In this document: positions 10,095 through 19,427 of the stretch, one piece after another | Layout: each line of letters opens with the position of its first letter | Numbering within the stretch: the stretch's first letter is position 1 | Source of the DNA: a candidate division WOR-3 bacterium | Lineage (GTDB): Bacteria; Hydrothermota; Hydrothermia; B15-G9; WFZT01 | Direction: 5' to 3' | Assembly (NCBI GenBank): GCA_027053075.1 | Contig: JALUEE010000078.1 | Coordinates: 32,001-96,000 of the forward strand | DNA: 64,000 nucleotides | The notes under the pieces: generated by a model | Told to the model about the DNA's origin: nothing | Databases searched by the model: none | The model's input: only the letters and a program-made list of their open reading frames with translations | Translations under genes and position numbers: made by a program

Positions 10095-11734
10095 AATAAA
10101 CCTCCTTTCAACCTGATAATTTCATCTGGCTCCATAGGGTTTATGATAACATCACCGGGTTTGCGCGGTATTACAAAGTCAATCTTACCACGAGAGGCCT
10201 TTTTGTCCTGTACGATTTTTTCAAGAATCAACCTCTCATCCACGCGCTCAGCATCAGGCAACTTCCGCAGTAATCCAAATTTACCGAGCAACTTCTTTGT
10301 TCGCTCAAGGAGCCCAGTCTCAGTAATTCCAAGTCCTATCCCAATTTCAATTGCCTTAACAAGACCAATGGCAACAGCCTCGCCATGACTTATTCCCAGT
10401 ATCACCTCATAAGCATGACCAAGTGTATGCCCAAGATTGAGTAACTTCCTCTTACCAGTGGACTCCCTGAAGTCTTCCTCCACGATCCCGAGTTTTACTT
10501 TCGCAGTTCTCTTTATCACCTCAGTGAGTGTCTGAAGATTACGCCTTAGCAACTTATCTACATTTGCCTCAAGGAATTTGAAAAATGCATCCCCGTGATC
10601 GAAAGAATTCCCCCCACCTGACTCCTCCCCCCACGGACGAAGTCCGTGGGGGGAGGTCGGGAGGGGGGCACCATCTTCTAATTTATTTGAAAACGTAGTC
10701 TCACCAATTATTGCAGACTTCACAATCTCCGCAAATCCCTGGCGAAAATCCTTTCCATCAAGCGACAAAAGAGCTAAAGGATCAATCAAAATCAAATCCG
10801 GGTGATAGAATGTCCCAATGACGTTCTTTATCCCCCTGAAATTCAAAGCATTTTTCCCACCAAGACCTGCATCAACCTGGGCAAGAAGGGTTGTGGGTGC
10901 ATTAATAAACCTGACACCTCTTTTGAAAGTAGATGCTGCAAATCCCACCACATCTGAGGCTGCACCTCCTCCTATAGACACCACAGTGGTTCCCCTTGTT
11001 GCCCTTGAATTCAGCAGGAATTCATAGATTCTCGTAAGAGTTTTTAGGCTCTTTGCCCTATCACCATCAGGTAACACAAAAACACTCTCTGGCAGAAACT
11101 CACCAAATAATCTGTAAGCTCGCCTCTGGGCAAAATATCTGACATCCCCCTTTGTGAAATTCCCCAAATCCTTTAAAATCCCGGGCCCGAGTAAAATTTT
11201 CTCTATGCCATCCAGTTCTTCTTTGATGTCCCAATCAATAAGATAGAGTATACTCTGAGCCACGGTCCATGGATTAGCAACCGCATCCACAGTATTACCC
11301 ACCCTTTCGTATATTTCCCGTCTTTCATTCAGAATTTTTCTCAGGTTATCCTCAATCCCCCCTTTCAAAAGAGGCCTCACATCACTTTTTCCCCTGCACC
11401 TTCTAACAAGCTCTTTAAGTGGAACCTCAAGATACACTCCCAGTGACTGCTCTCCAATCAACTTGAGATTTTCCGAATCTGTCACCACTCCCCCACCGGT
11501 GGCAATCACCGTATTCTCAAGACGCATTGCGGACTGCAGAACCTCTTTCTCCAACCTTCTGAAATAGTCCTCACCGTAAGCTCTAAAAATTTCAGGGATT
11601 TTAAGGCCAGAGCGCTGTTCGATAAGCCTATCCGTGTCAACAAAATCCCATCCGAGTGCCGCGGCAAGCCTCTTTCCAACAGTGGTCTTGCCACTGCACA
11701 TCATACCTGTGAGAACGATTCTTCTGGGGATCAT
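10091..11734 (-). CDS. aroB: Bifunctional shikimate kinase / 3-dehydroquinate synthase (AroK-AroB fusion) with an in-frame repeat-derived insertion
   Basis: GMMCSGKTTVG P-loop and ATGGG (AroK); GGGAASDVVGF, PTTLLAQVDAGLGGKN, LNLGHTLGHA (AroB). Confidence 0.93.
   Translation of the reverse strand: MIPRRIVLTGMMCSGKTTVGKRLAAALGWDFVDTDRLIEQRSGLKIPEIFRAYGEDYFRRLEKEVLQSAMRLENTVIATGGGVVTDSENLKLIGEQSLGVYLEVPLKELVRRCRGKSDVRPLLKGGIEDNLRKILNERREIYERVGNTVDAVANPWTVAQSILYLIDWDIKEELDGIEKILLGPGILKDLGNFTKGDVRYFAQRRAYRLFGEFLPESVFVLPDGDRAKSLKTLTRIYEFLLNSRATRGTTVVSIGGGAASDVVGFAASTFKRGVRFINAPTTLLAQVDAGLGGKNALNFRGIKNVIGTFYHPDLILIDPLALLSLDGKDFRQGFAEIVKSAIIGETTFSNKLEDGAPLPTSPHGLRPWGEESGGGNSFDHGDAFFKFLEANVDKLLRRNLQTLTEVIKRTAKVKLGIVEEDFRESTGKRKLLNLGHTLGHAYEVILGISHGEAVAIGLVKAIEIGIGLGITETGLLERTKKLLGKFGLLRKLPDAERVDERLILEKIVQDKKASRGKIDFVIPRKPGDVIINPMEPDEIIRLKGGLL
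10591..10702. repeat. Palindromic repeat element inserted in-frame inside aroB
   Basis: Hairpin CCTCCCCCCACGGAC-GAA-GTCCGTGGGGGGAGG (10624-10656) and its flanks match intergenic copies at 19289-19364 and, inverted, 14355-14416. Confidence 0.85.
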
Positions 11735-13038
11735 CAGAGGCCAAATCTTTTGAAAATTGCGTCCACGTTCCTCAAATAATCGTGGTTTAAAACCTCTTCG
11801 AGTTCCTCTGGTGTTAAATACTTCGCGATGTTTTCATTTTTTCTGATTAGCTCTTCAAAGGGCTCACCGCTCTTCATGGCCCTGTGGGCAGATTCCTTCA
11901 CCCATTCGTAAGCCTCACCTCTCCTGACACCCTTTTTTACAAGGGCAAGGAGAATCGCCTCCGAGAGATAAAATTTCCCGTATTTGACCAGATTCTCGTT
12001 GATCCTCTCCACATTCACAACCAGCCTGTCAACTATATCCTTTAGCAATGTGACCATGTAGTAATAAAGGGAAAGGGCATCTGGCATCAAAAATCTCTCG
12101 GTTGAGGAATGGGATATATCTCTCTCGTGCCAGAGTGCAATATTTTCCATGGATGTGTGGGCATAGCCTCTCAAAAGGCGTGCGAGACCGCATAATCTCT
12201 CACTTTTTATAGGGTTCCTCTTGTGGGGCATGGCAGAGGAGCCCCGCTGTTTCCTTCCAAACGGTTCCTCAAGCTCTCCCACTTCTGTTCTCTGAAGCAG
12301 ACGAATTTCTGTGGCAAATTTTTCAATATTACCTGCAGAAATGGCAATCACATCAAAAACATAGGCATAGCGGTCTCTCGGCACAATCTGGGTTGAAACT
12401 GGCTCGGGCTTCAATCCAAGCTTATGAAGCGCCTTTTCCTCGACCTCAGGGCTTATGAAGGAATAGTTTCCCACGGCGCCGGAAATTTTACCGTAGCTTA
12501 TTTTTTCAATGGCGGAGCGTAGATTTTCTATATCTCTTAAAAAAGCCGAATAGTAGGAGAGAAATTTCAAACCGAGACTCGTGGGTTCAGCAAAAACCCC
12601 ATGAGTCCGGCCCATTATGGGTTGATAACGGTACTCATTGGCCTTCTCTCTAAAGCTCAAAGAGAGCTCACTCAGGGCTTTTAGATTTAGCTCAAGGGCA
12701 TTTTTCAAAATGAGTGAATTGGCGGTGTCTACCACATCAGAAGAGGTCATGCCAAAGTGCAAATACCTCGCAGGATCACCGGCTATCTCCTCAATCGTAA
12801 GCAGGAAGGCGATAACGTCGTGGTCAACCTCTCGCTCGATCTCCTTTGCTCTTTTCGCCACCCAGTTGAAATCCACATCTTCCATAGATTTTCTGACCTT
12901 TTCCGGGACATCTGATGGGATAATGCCCATATCTGCCTCTACCTCAGCCACTGCGATCTCCACTTCGTACCATTTCCTGTACTTGAATTCATCCGTGAAA
13001 ATTTTCTTTATCTCGTCTTTCCAGTACCTTTCAATCAT
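11734..13038 (-). CDS. purB: Adenylosuccinate lyase (start refined to MIERY)
   Basis: [41 protein letters not shown] signature. Confidence 0.96.
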   Translation of the reverse strand: MIERYWKDEIKKIFTDEFKYRKWYEVEIAVAEVEADMGIIPSDVPEKVRKSMEDVDFNWVAKRAKEIEREVDHDVIAFLLTIEEIAGDPARYLHFGMTSSDVVDTANSLILKNALELNLKALSELSLSFREKANEYRYQPIMGRTHGVFAEPTSLGLKFLSYYSAFLRDIENLRSAIEKISYGKISGAVGNYSFISPEVEEKALHKLGLKPEPVSTQIVPRDRYAYVFDVIAISAGNIEKFATEIRLLQRTEVGELEEPFGRKQRGSSAMPHKRNPIKSERLCGLARLLRGYAHTSMENIALWHERDISHSSTERFLMPDALSLYYYMVTLLKDIVDRLVVNVERINENLVKYGKFYLSEAILLALVKKGVRRGEAYEWVKESAHRAMKSGEPFEELIRKNENIAKYLTPEELEEVLNHDYLRNVDAIFKRFGL

Positions 13039-13039
13039 T

Positions 13040-13879
13040 TCAATCCATCCTGTAAAGTATTTTGAAACTCCCAAGCTCTCCCTCAAGACGATTAATCAAA
13101 AGGTCAATGAGGGAGAACCTCTTCTTTTCTTTTTTGTAAACAAGACTCACGTGTCCTTTTATTCCGGCAAGTTTTTTAAGAATGTTAACTGCATCCTCTA
13201 TCGAGCCGAGTGTATCAACGAGACCAGCCTTTAGTGCCATCCTGCCCGAAAAAATCCTCCCATCCGCAAGTTTCCTTACGCTGTCAGCTGGAATGTGACG
13301 AGCCGATGCCACCTCTTCAACAAACTGCTTATAGACATCCATCAAGACGCCTTTTAGCAACTTCTTCTCCTCCGGTTTCATCTTTCTGAAAGGAGTGCCT
13401 GAGTCCTTGAATTTTCCTGTTTTTATAATCTCGTACTGGATACCTAACTTCTTTAGAAGGTCTGAGACCACAGGAAATTCGGCGATAACACCAATGGAGC
13501 CGGTAATTGTTCCGGGATTCGCAACAATCTTATTAGATGCAAGGGAAACGTAATATCCACCAGAAGCTGCAACACTTCCGAAGCTCGCAACGATGGGCTT
13601 TCCGGCTTTTCGTGTCTTTTTCAGTGCCTCGAGTATCTCCTGAACAGGTCCAACGGCACCTCCCGGAGAGTCCACCCTGAGGAGTATGCCCTTGATATCA
13701 GAATCCTCCCTCAGACGCTTTATCCAATTGACGAGGGTGTCCGAACTCCTGATCGTGCCTTTGACCTCCACTACACCAATTTCGGCTCCAGAAATGCCAA
13801 TGTGGGATGGCTTGAAGAACTTCCATAGGACGGCGAGAACAATTATCAGGACAATAAATTTGACAATCGGATTCTTCAT
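13040..13879 (-). CDS. sppA: Signal peptide peptidase SppA (short form)
   Basis: [30 protein letters not shown]. Confidence 0.93.
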   Translation of the reverse strand: MKNPIVKFIVLIIVLAVLWKFFKPSHIGISGAEIGVVEVKGTIRSSDTLVNWIKRLREDSDIKGILLRVDSPGGAVGPVQEILEALKKTRKAGKPIVASFGSVAASGGYYVSLASNKIVANPGTITGSIGVIAEFPVVSDLLKKLGIQYEIIKTGKFKDSGTPFRKMKPEEKKLLKGVLMDVYKQFVEEVASARHIPADSVRKLADGRIFSGRMALKAGLVDTLGSIEDAVNILKKLAGIKGHVSLVYKKEKKRFSLIDLLINRLEGELGSFKILYRMD

Positions 13880-14292
13880 GGGAGCGTATCAACGTAGAAG
13901 ATCAATCCCGCCCGAAAATCAGAGCCATCAACAAAGAGATTTATGTACCACTGTCCCCTCTCGTAAACGCGTTTGGAGAATGAGGTAATGATATTCTCAC
14001 CCGGTGGAATTCTCACCGTTGAGGAATCCGAAAAAGTGCTGTCCGGCCTGTACCATTTGGTCGTGACATAATGGGAATCTGCCGAAGATGACCAGAGTAT
14101 CCACAGGTTCACAGTATCTCCACTGTGAAAAAACTGTGTGATACCGGAGGGGTAACCATTGACAAGGTGTCTTGAAAGCTCAATATCCCCGATGTAGGGG
14201 TCACGACTGTATGAAATCCTACCTATGGTATTTGACTCCTTGGTACAGGAGACAGCAAACATCATAATAATTATTGCAATGACCCATCTCAT
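13876..14292 (-). CDS. Hypothetical lipoprotein
   Basis: Signal peptide with lipobox-like AVSC; overlaps the sppA start. Confidence 0.65.
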   Translation of the reverse strand: MRWVIAIIIMMFAVSCTKESNTIGRISYSRDPYIGDIELSRHLVNGYPSGITQFFHSGDTVNLWILWSSSADSHYVTTKWYRPDSTFSDSSTVRIPPGENIITSFSKRVYERGQWYINLFVDGSDFRAGLIFYVDTLP

Positions 14293-14338
14293 AATGTGTC
14301 TATTTTAAAGTCAAACTAACCACGTTGGAATGCCCTTT

Positions 14339-14461
14339 GAGCTTGGTCGAAAATCCCCCCTCCTCTCCTCCCCCCACGCACTTTGTGCGTGGGGGGAGGA
14401 ACAAGGTGGGGGGAATTTTTCCTCAAAAATCAGAGAATTTGAGATTTTTTCGAACAGGCTC
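14339..14461. mobile_element. MITE-like element (about 123 bp) with imperfect 16-bp terminal inverted repeats and central hairpin
   Basis: Left GAGCTTGGTCGAAAAT vs reverse complement of right end GAGCCTGTTCGAAAAA (13/16); hairpin TCCTCCCCCCACGCAC-TTT-GTGCGTGGGGGGAGGA at 14366-14400. Confidence 0.6.
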
Positions 14462-14469
14462 ATGCCCTT

Positions 14470-14512
14470 TGCGGGGCGGGGTCGTGCACTTCGTGCACGA
14501 CCCCGCCCCGCA
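14470..14512. repeat. Perfect 20-bp-stem hairpin of the triloop family
   Basis: TGCGGGGCGGGGTCGTGCAC-TTC-GTGCACGACCCCGCCCCGCA. Confidence 0.85.
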
Positions 14513-14861
14513 GCAAAGCTCGTTTGAAAAATCCTGAATTTTAGTTACCATCCTTTCCAGCGGATTCTCACTACCTCACTGATAATTACAGTCCACACCC
14601 ATCCAGAATTTTCTAAACTGTGAGAAATCTTTGATTATTTCTTTTAAAAGCACATTTCCCCATCATGGGTGCTCTTTACATGCTTTCCCACCATTTTACC
14701 TATCTGTGGAATTTCTTCTTTTTTCCATTCACCTGTGAGACTTCTACCACATTTTCTTCCCCTCCCGCAAAGCGGGAGGGCATTGAGGGGGGAGGGCAAA
14801 CCTTACATCTATCCTCCCAAATTTGAAAAAACTGCAAACATTGTCCTATAATACTTCCAGC

Positions 14862-16883
14862 ATGGTAAATCTACTTTTTGGCATACACTGCCATCAGCCG
14901 GTGGGTAACTTCGATTACGTTATCAAACACGCCTTCGAGAAATCCTACAAACCTTTCCTCGAGACACTTTACAACTATCCGGATTTCAAGTTTTCCATCC
15001 ATTACACAGGCCCACTTTTAGAATGGATTGAGCAAAATGAGCCTGAATTCTTTGAAATCATCCGCGAAATGGTCAGCAGAAAGCAGGTTGAAATATTTGT
15101 CAGCGGATTCTATGAGCCTGTACTTGCTTCTATTCCGGAAAATGACCGCGAGGCACAGATTCTCATAGCCCGTGAATACGTCATTAGAAAGTTTCATTAC
15201 ATGCCCGATGGCCTATGGCTCACCGAACGGGTCTGGGACCCATCAATCGTGAAATCTCTTATTAAATCTGGCATTAACTACGTTCTCGTCGATGACTTCC
15301 ACTTCCTATCAGCAGGGTTTGACAAAGCTAACCTCCACGGCTATTACCTCACAGAATCTGAAGGGCAAACCCTCGGGATATTCCCGATTGATGAGAAACT
15401 CCGCTATCTAACCCCATTTAGACCGGTTGATGAAACCCTAAAATACCTGAAAGAGCTCCATGAAAGCCAGAAAGAAGCTGCCATCATCTTTGACGATGGG
15501 GAAAAATTTGGTATCTGGCCAGGGACCCACGACTGGGTTTACAAAAAAGGATGGCTCAAAAAATTCATAGAAGGCATACTATCCCTCGAATTTGTCCAGA
15601 CTTCAACATACAGGGAATTTTTTGAATCGCATAAACCCTTAGGAAGAGCCTACCTTCCAACAGCTTCCTATTTTGAGATGAGCGAATGGTCCCTGATGCC
15701 TGAAAAAGCTCTTAAATTCGTGGAATTTGTTAATAGGCTCAAATCCGAAGGCATATTCGAAGAAAACAAAATTTTTGTCCGTGGGGGAATCTGGCAAAAT
15801 TTCCTCGTAAAATACAGCGAAGCCAACAGAATGCACAAAAAGATGGTCTATATTTCCGGAGAGCTCAAGGACACTCCCGTGGAGGAGAAAATCCCCCTCT
15901 ATAGGGCTCAATGTAACGACGCCTACTGGCACGGAATCTTTGGTGGACTTTATCTTCCGCATCTTAGACATGCGAACTATTCAAATCTTCTAAAAGCTGA
16001 GCGAAACCTTCCTGCACCAATCTTTGAGGAAATTGACATTGATTGTGACGGATTTTATGAAATTTACGCGAGGACAAAATTTATCGTCGCGCAGATAAAG
16101 CCATCCTACGGTGGTGCCCTAACAGAGTTTTCCTCCCTCAAACAGGCTCTGAACTTTCAGGACACCCTCATGAGAAGATTTGAGCACTACCACAAGGGGC
16201 TTAAAGAGACACACCATAGTGAGAGTGGAGTGGCCTCCATCCACGAGATGCCAAAAAAGGTTGACAGAAAGAAACTGATTTACGATTGGTCGGAGAAATT
16301 TTCGTTACTTGACCATTTTATAGAGGACTCTCCGGAGGCAAAGAGCCTTGCCCGCGTTGAATTTAAAGAATTGGGAGACTTTGTTAACCAGCCATACGAG
16401 TACTTTATGGAGAAAAACGGGGTGAAGCTTCACCGCTCTGGTGGTGTATTTGATGGGGGAAAACGCCCAATCGAGATTGAAAAGGAAATAACCATACCGC
16501 TCGAGAGACCTGAGGTTATTGCAAAATACAGAATCCCTGGAAGGTCTGGCAATGCAGTTTTTGCCGTGGAATTTAATTTCTCCATGCCTTCTGCCGATTC
16601 AAAAGAATCCCGTATCATCCTGGATGGCAAAATCATTGGCAATTTCCACGACATACTTGATGCGAGGGGACACGAACTCATTTTAGACGACACCGTTTTC
16701 AACACAGCCGTAAAGCTCAGAAGTGAAAGGGAAACAGTTTTCAGGATATTCCCGGTTTATACTGTATCACAATCTGAGAGTGGACTTGATTACACGTATC
16801 AGGAGACGGGGATTTTTATGTTATTTGGTCCGGTTGAAGGGATATTTGAAAATACCATAACTATTTCGATACCTGGAGGATGA
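14862..16883 (+). CDS. GH57 alpha-amylase / 4-alpha-glucanotransferase
   Basis: HCHQPVGNF, SGFYEPVL, WLTERVW, DDGEKFG, QCNDAYWHG; C-terminal beta-sandwich region. Confidence 0.92.
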   Translation: MVNLLFGIHCHQPVGNFDYVIKHAFEKSYKPFLETLYNYPDFKFSIHYTGPLLEWIEQNEPEFFEIIREMVSRKQVEIFVSGFYEPVLASIPENDREAQILIAREYVIRKFHYMPDGLWLTERVWDPSIVKSLIKSGINYVLVDDFHFLSAGFDKANLHGYYLTESEGQTLGIFPIDEKLRYLTPFRPVDETLKYLKELHESQKEAAIIFDDGEKFGIWPGTHDWVYKKGWLKKFIEGILSLEFVQTSTYREFFESHKPLGRAYLPTASYFEMSEWSLMPEKALKFVEFVNRLKSEGIFEENKIFVRGGIWQNFLVKYSEANRMHKKMVYISGELKDTPVEEKIPLYRAQCNDAYWHGIFGGLYLPHLRHANYSNLLKAERNLPAPIFEEIDIDCDGFYEIYARTKFIVAQIKPSYGGALTEFSSLKQALNFQDTLMRRFEHYHKGLKETHHSESGVASIHEMPKKVDRKKLIYDWSEKFSLLDHFIEDSPEAKSLARVEFKELGDFVNQPYEYFMEKNGVKLHRSGGVFDGGKRPIEIEKEITIPLERPEVIAKYRIPGRSGNAVFAVEFNFSMPSADSKESRIILDGKIIGNFHDILDARGHELILDDTVFNTAVKLRSERETVFRIFPVYTVSQSESGLDYTYQETGIFMLFGPVEGIFENTITISIPGG

Positions 16884-16884
16884 A

Positions 16885-17919
16885 ATGCCAGAGTTAAGAT
16901 ATGACCCAATACGCCAGAGATGGACAATAATCTCTATTGAACGAGGCAGGAGACCTCACGAGTATGTTACCGAAAAGGAAGAGGTGAAGAAAGTAGACTC
17001 CTGCCCATTTGATTATGGGAACGAGCAGAGAACTCCGCCTGAGATATATGCCATTTCTGACCAACCGAGGCAGCCAAATACACCTGGCTGGAAGGTCAGA
17101 GTGGTGCCCAATAAGTATCCGGCACTGAGAATCGAGGGAGAGTTAAAAAGGGAAGGAGTTGGCCTCTTTGATGTGGTCTCTGGAATCGGAGCCCATGAAG
17201 TGATCATCGAAACACCTGACCACAACCGTGAAATGAGCGACAGAACCCCTGAGGAGATAGCGCTGGTTTTGAAAGCCTACAAAGAGAGACTCCTTGATCT
17301 GAGAAAGGATACACGATTCAGGTACATCCTGGTCTTTAAAAATCATGGAAAGGATGCAGGGGCATCTCTCTCGCATCCGCATTCACAGTTAATAGCGACG
17401 CCGATTTTCCCGCCCGTGGTTAAAGCAGAGCTCGTAAGCGCACGCGAGTATTATTTGAGGAAAGAACGCTGTATTTTCTGCGACATCATAAAACAGGAGC
17501 TCACATTGAGGGACAGAATCGTATGGGAAAGCGACAAATATGTTTTATGGGAACCATTTGCCTCTTCCTTCCCCTTTGAAACCTGGCTATTCCCCAAATA
17601 CCACTCTCACGATTTTGCACTCCTTCCGGATGAGGAACTCTACGACCTCGCAGTGGCATTAAAGGAGATGCTCGTAAGGATAAAGGCCTTATTAAACGAT
17701 CCTCCGTACAACATGGTGCTTCACACTGCTCCTCCACCCCATCCGAGGCCGGGGCATGCGGATTACTGGGAAACCCTTGAATTTGACTTTCATTGGCATA
17801 TTGAATTGATTCCAAGAATCACAAAAATCGCGGGGTTTGAATGGGGATCAGGTCTTCACATAAATCCAACTCCACCAGAAGAGGCAGCAAAATATTTGAG
17901 AGAAGTAGAGCTAATTTAA
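16885..17919 (+). CDS. galT: Galactose-1-phosphate uridylyltransferase family (GalT-like)
   Basis: CPF, RVVPNKYPAL, HEVIIETPDH, GASLSHPHSQ (HPH), FHWHIE. Confidence 0.88.
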   Translation: MPELRYDPIRQRWTIISIERGRRPHEYVTEKEEVKKVDSCPFDYGNEQRTPPEIYAISDQPRQPNTPGWKVRVVPNKYPALRIEGELKREGVGLFDVVSGIGAHEVIIETPDHNREMSDRTPEEIALVLKAYKERLLDLRKDTRFRYILVFKNHGKDAGASLSHPHSQLIATPIFPPVVKAELVSAREYYLRKERCIFCDIIKQELTLRDRIVWESDKYVLWEPFASSFPFETWLFPKYHSHDFALLPDEELYDLAVALKEMLVRIKALLNDPPYNMVLHTAPPPHPRPGHADYWETLEFDFHWHIELIPRITKIAGFEWGSGLHINPTPPEEAAKYLREVELI

Positions 17920-17936
17920 AACGAGGAGGTTTTTCT

Positions 17937-19109
17937 ATGTTAGGAGACCTTATAGGCCACCTTGAGAAGGAGGAGCACAGGATTTTGCGGGACACTGTTG
18001 CCCGCTTTGCAAAGGATAAGATTGCACCAATCGCAGCAAAAATCGACGAAGAGGATTGGTTACCCGAGGAGATATTCAAAGAGATGGGACAGCTCGGCTT
18101 CACAGGGATTATGATTCCAGAGGAATACGGTGGCTTTGGAATAGACCCTCTCTCCGCTGTCATCGTTTTAGAAGAGATTGCGAAGCAAAGCGCCTCTGTT
18201 GCTCTTTCACTTATGGTTACCTCGGTTTTATTTGGTCATAATGTAGCCTATTGGGGGCAAAACGAGGAGCTAAAGAAGAAATACCTGCCAAGGATTGCCT
18301 CTGGTGAGATCATCGGCGCTTATGCACTCACAGAGCCTGATGCGGGCTCCGATTCTGTTAGTATTAAAACCCGCGCTGAAAGGAAGGGGGACTACTTTAT
18401 TGTCAATGGTCAGAAGATGTTCATCACCAACGCACCTGTTGCCGATGTTTTCTATGTTTTTGTCTATACTGACCCATCCAAGAAAAAAGAGGGCATGAGT
18501 GTGCTACTGATTGACAGGGATATGGAAGGGGTGACAATTGCGAAAAAACTCGAAAAAATGGGTATGCGCGGCTCTCCCACAGGCCTCATCTTCTTTGAAG
18601 ACGTCAAAGTACCTGTTTCAAATATTATCGGAACAGAAGGTATGGGATACCCTCAGATGTTGAAAAGCCTTGAAATCGAGAGAATGGTAATTTCTGCCAT
18701 TTCCACAGGTGTTTCTCTTGCTGCACTCGACTGGATGGTGAGGTACGCAAATGAGAGGAAACAGTTCGGGAAACCTATAGGTCAGTTTGAAATGATAATG
18801 AAAAAAATAGCCGATGCTGGTGCCCAGCTTGATGCTGTAAGAACCTATCTCTATACCTACGCAGCAACCTATGATGAAGAGAGGGACAACAGATTCGAAT
18901 CAGCATCAGTCAAATTCCTGGCCTCCGAGACAGCGGTGAAGATTACTCTCGATGCCATACAGGTACTTGGTGGATATGGTTACACCAAAGAGTATCCGGT
19001 TGAAAGATACATGAGGGATGCGAAGCTCCTTGATATCGGCTCCGGAACCTCTGAAATTATGCGCTTTGTAGCGGCAAAATCCCTGCTCAAGGCCGGAAAG
19101 ATTATCTAA
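17937..19109 (+). CDS. Acyl-CoA dehydrogenase
   Basis: ALTEPDAGSD, NGQKMFITN, RKQFGKPI, GGYGYTKEYPVERYMRDAK; GAGGAGG RBS before 17937. Confidence 0.93.
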   Translation: MLGDLIGHLEKEEHRILRDTVARFAKDKIAPIAAKIDEEDWLPEEIFKEMGQLGFTGIMIPEEYGGFGIDPLSAVIVLEEIAKQSASVALSLMVTSVLFGHNVAYWGQNEELKKKYLPRIASGEIIGAYALTEPDAGSDSVSIKTRAERKGDYFIVNGQKMFITNAPVADVFYVFVYTDPSKKKEGMSVLLIDRDMEGVTIAKKLEKMGMRGSPTGLIFFEDVKVPVSNIIGTEGMGYPQMLKSLEIERMVISAISTGVSLAALDWMVRYANERKQFGKPIGQFEMIMKKIADAGAQLDAVRTYLYTYAATYDEERDNRFESASVKFLASETAVKITLDAIQVLGGYGYTKEYPVERYMRDAKLLDIGSGTSEIMRFVAAKSLLKAGKII

Positions 19110-19288
19110 CCGGGGAGTTTTTAAAAACTAAATCTATTTGAAACTTTGCTTCTTTCAGCACATCTTTTTGCGGAAGGGTTTATATGGAAAAATTTCCTCA
19201 AAAATGGGGATTTCTGAATTTTAAGAACAGGATTTCCAAAGGGTGAGCTGTTTAGAAAAAATTCAGAAGTTAGTAGATTTATAAAATG

Positions 19289-19364
19289 AATTCCCCCCAC
19301 CTGTCTCCTCCCCCCACGCACAAAGTGCGTGGGGGGAGGATGGGAAGGGGGCATTTTCGAACAC
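19289..19364. repeat. Triloop-hairpin repeat element (intergenic copy)
   Basis: TCCTCCCCCCACGCAC-AAA-GTGCGTGGGGGGAGGA (19306-19340), ending in TTTTCGAACAC. Confidence 0.85.
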
Positions 19365-19427
19365 TTTTCCAAAGGGTTTTAAATAAACTCCCAGAGTCGT
19401 ATAATTGTCAAAAATGGGAGGTGTGAA

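Noticed and set aside
14325..14851. Short ORFs over repeat regions (also 19121-19372, 28052-28342, 40510-40851, 56190-56387) sharing peptides such as PPPTHFVRGG
   Set aside because: The shared peptide is just the translated hairpin repeat; no RBS or protein-like composition.
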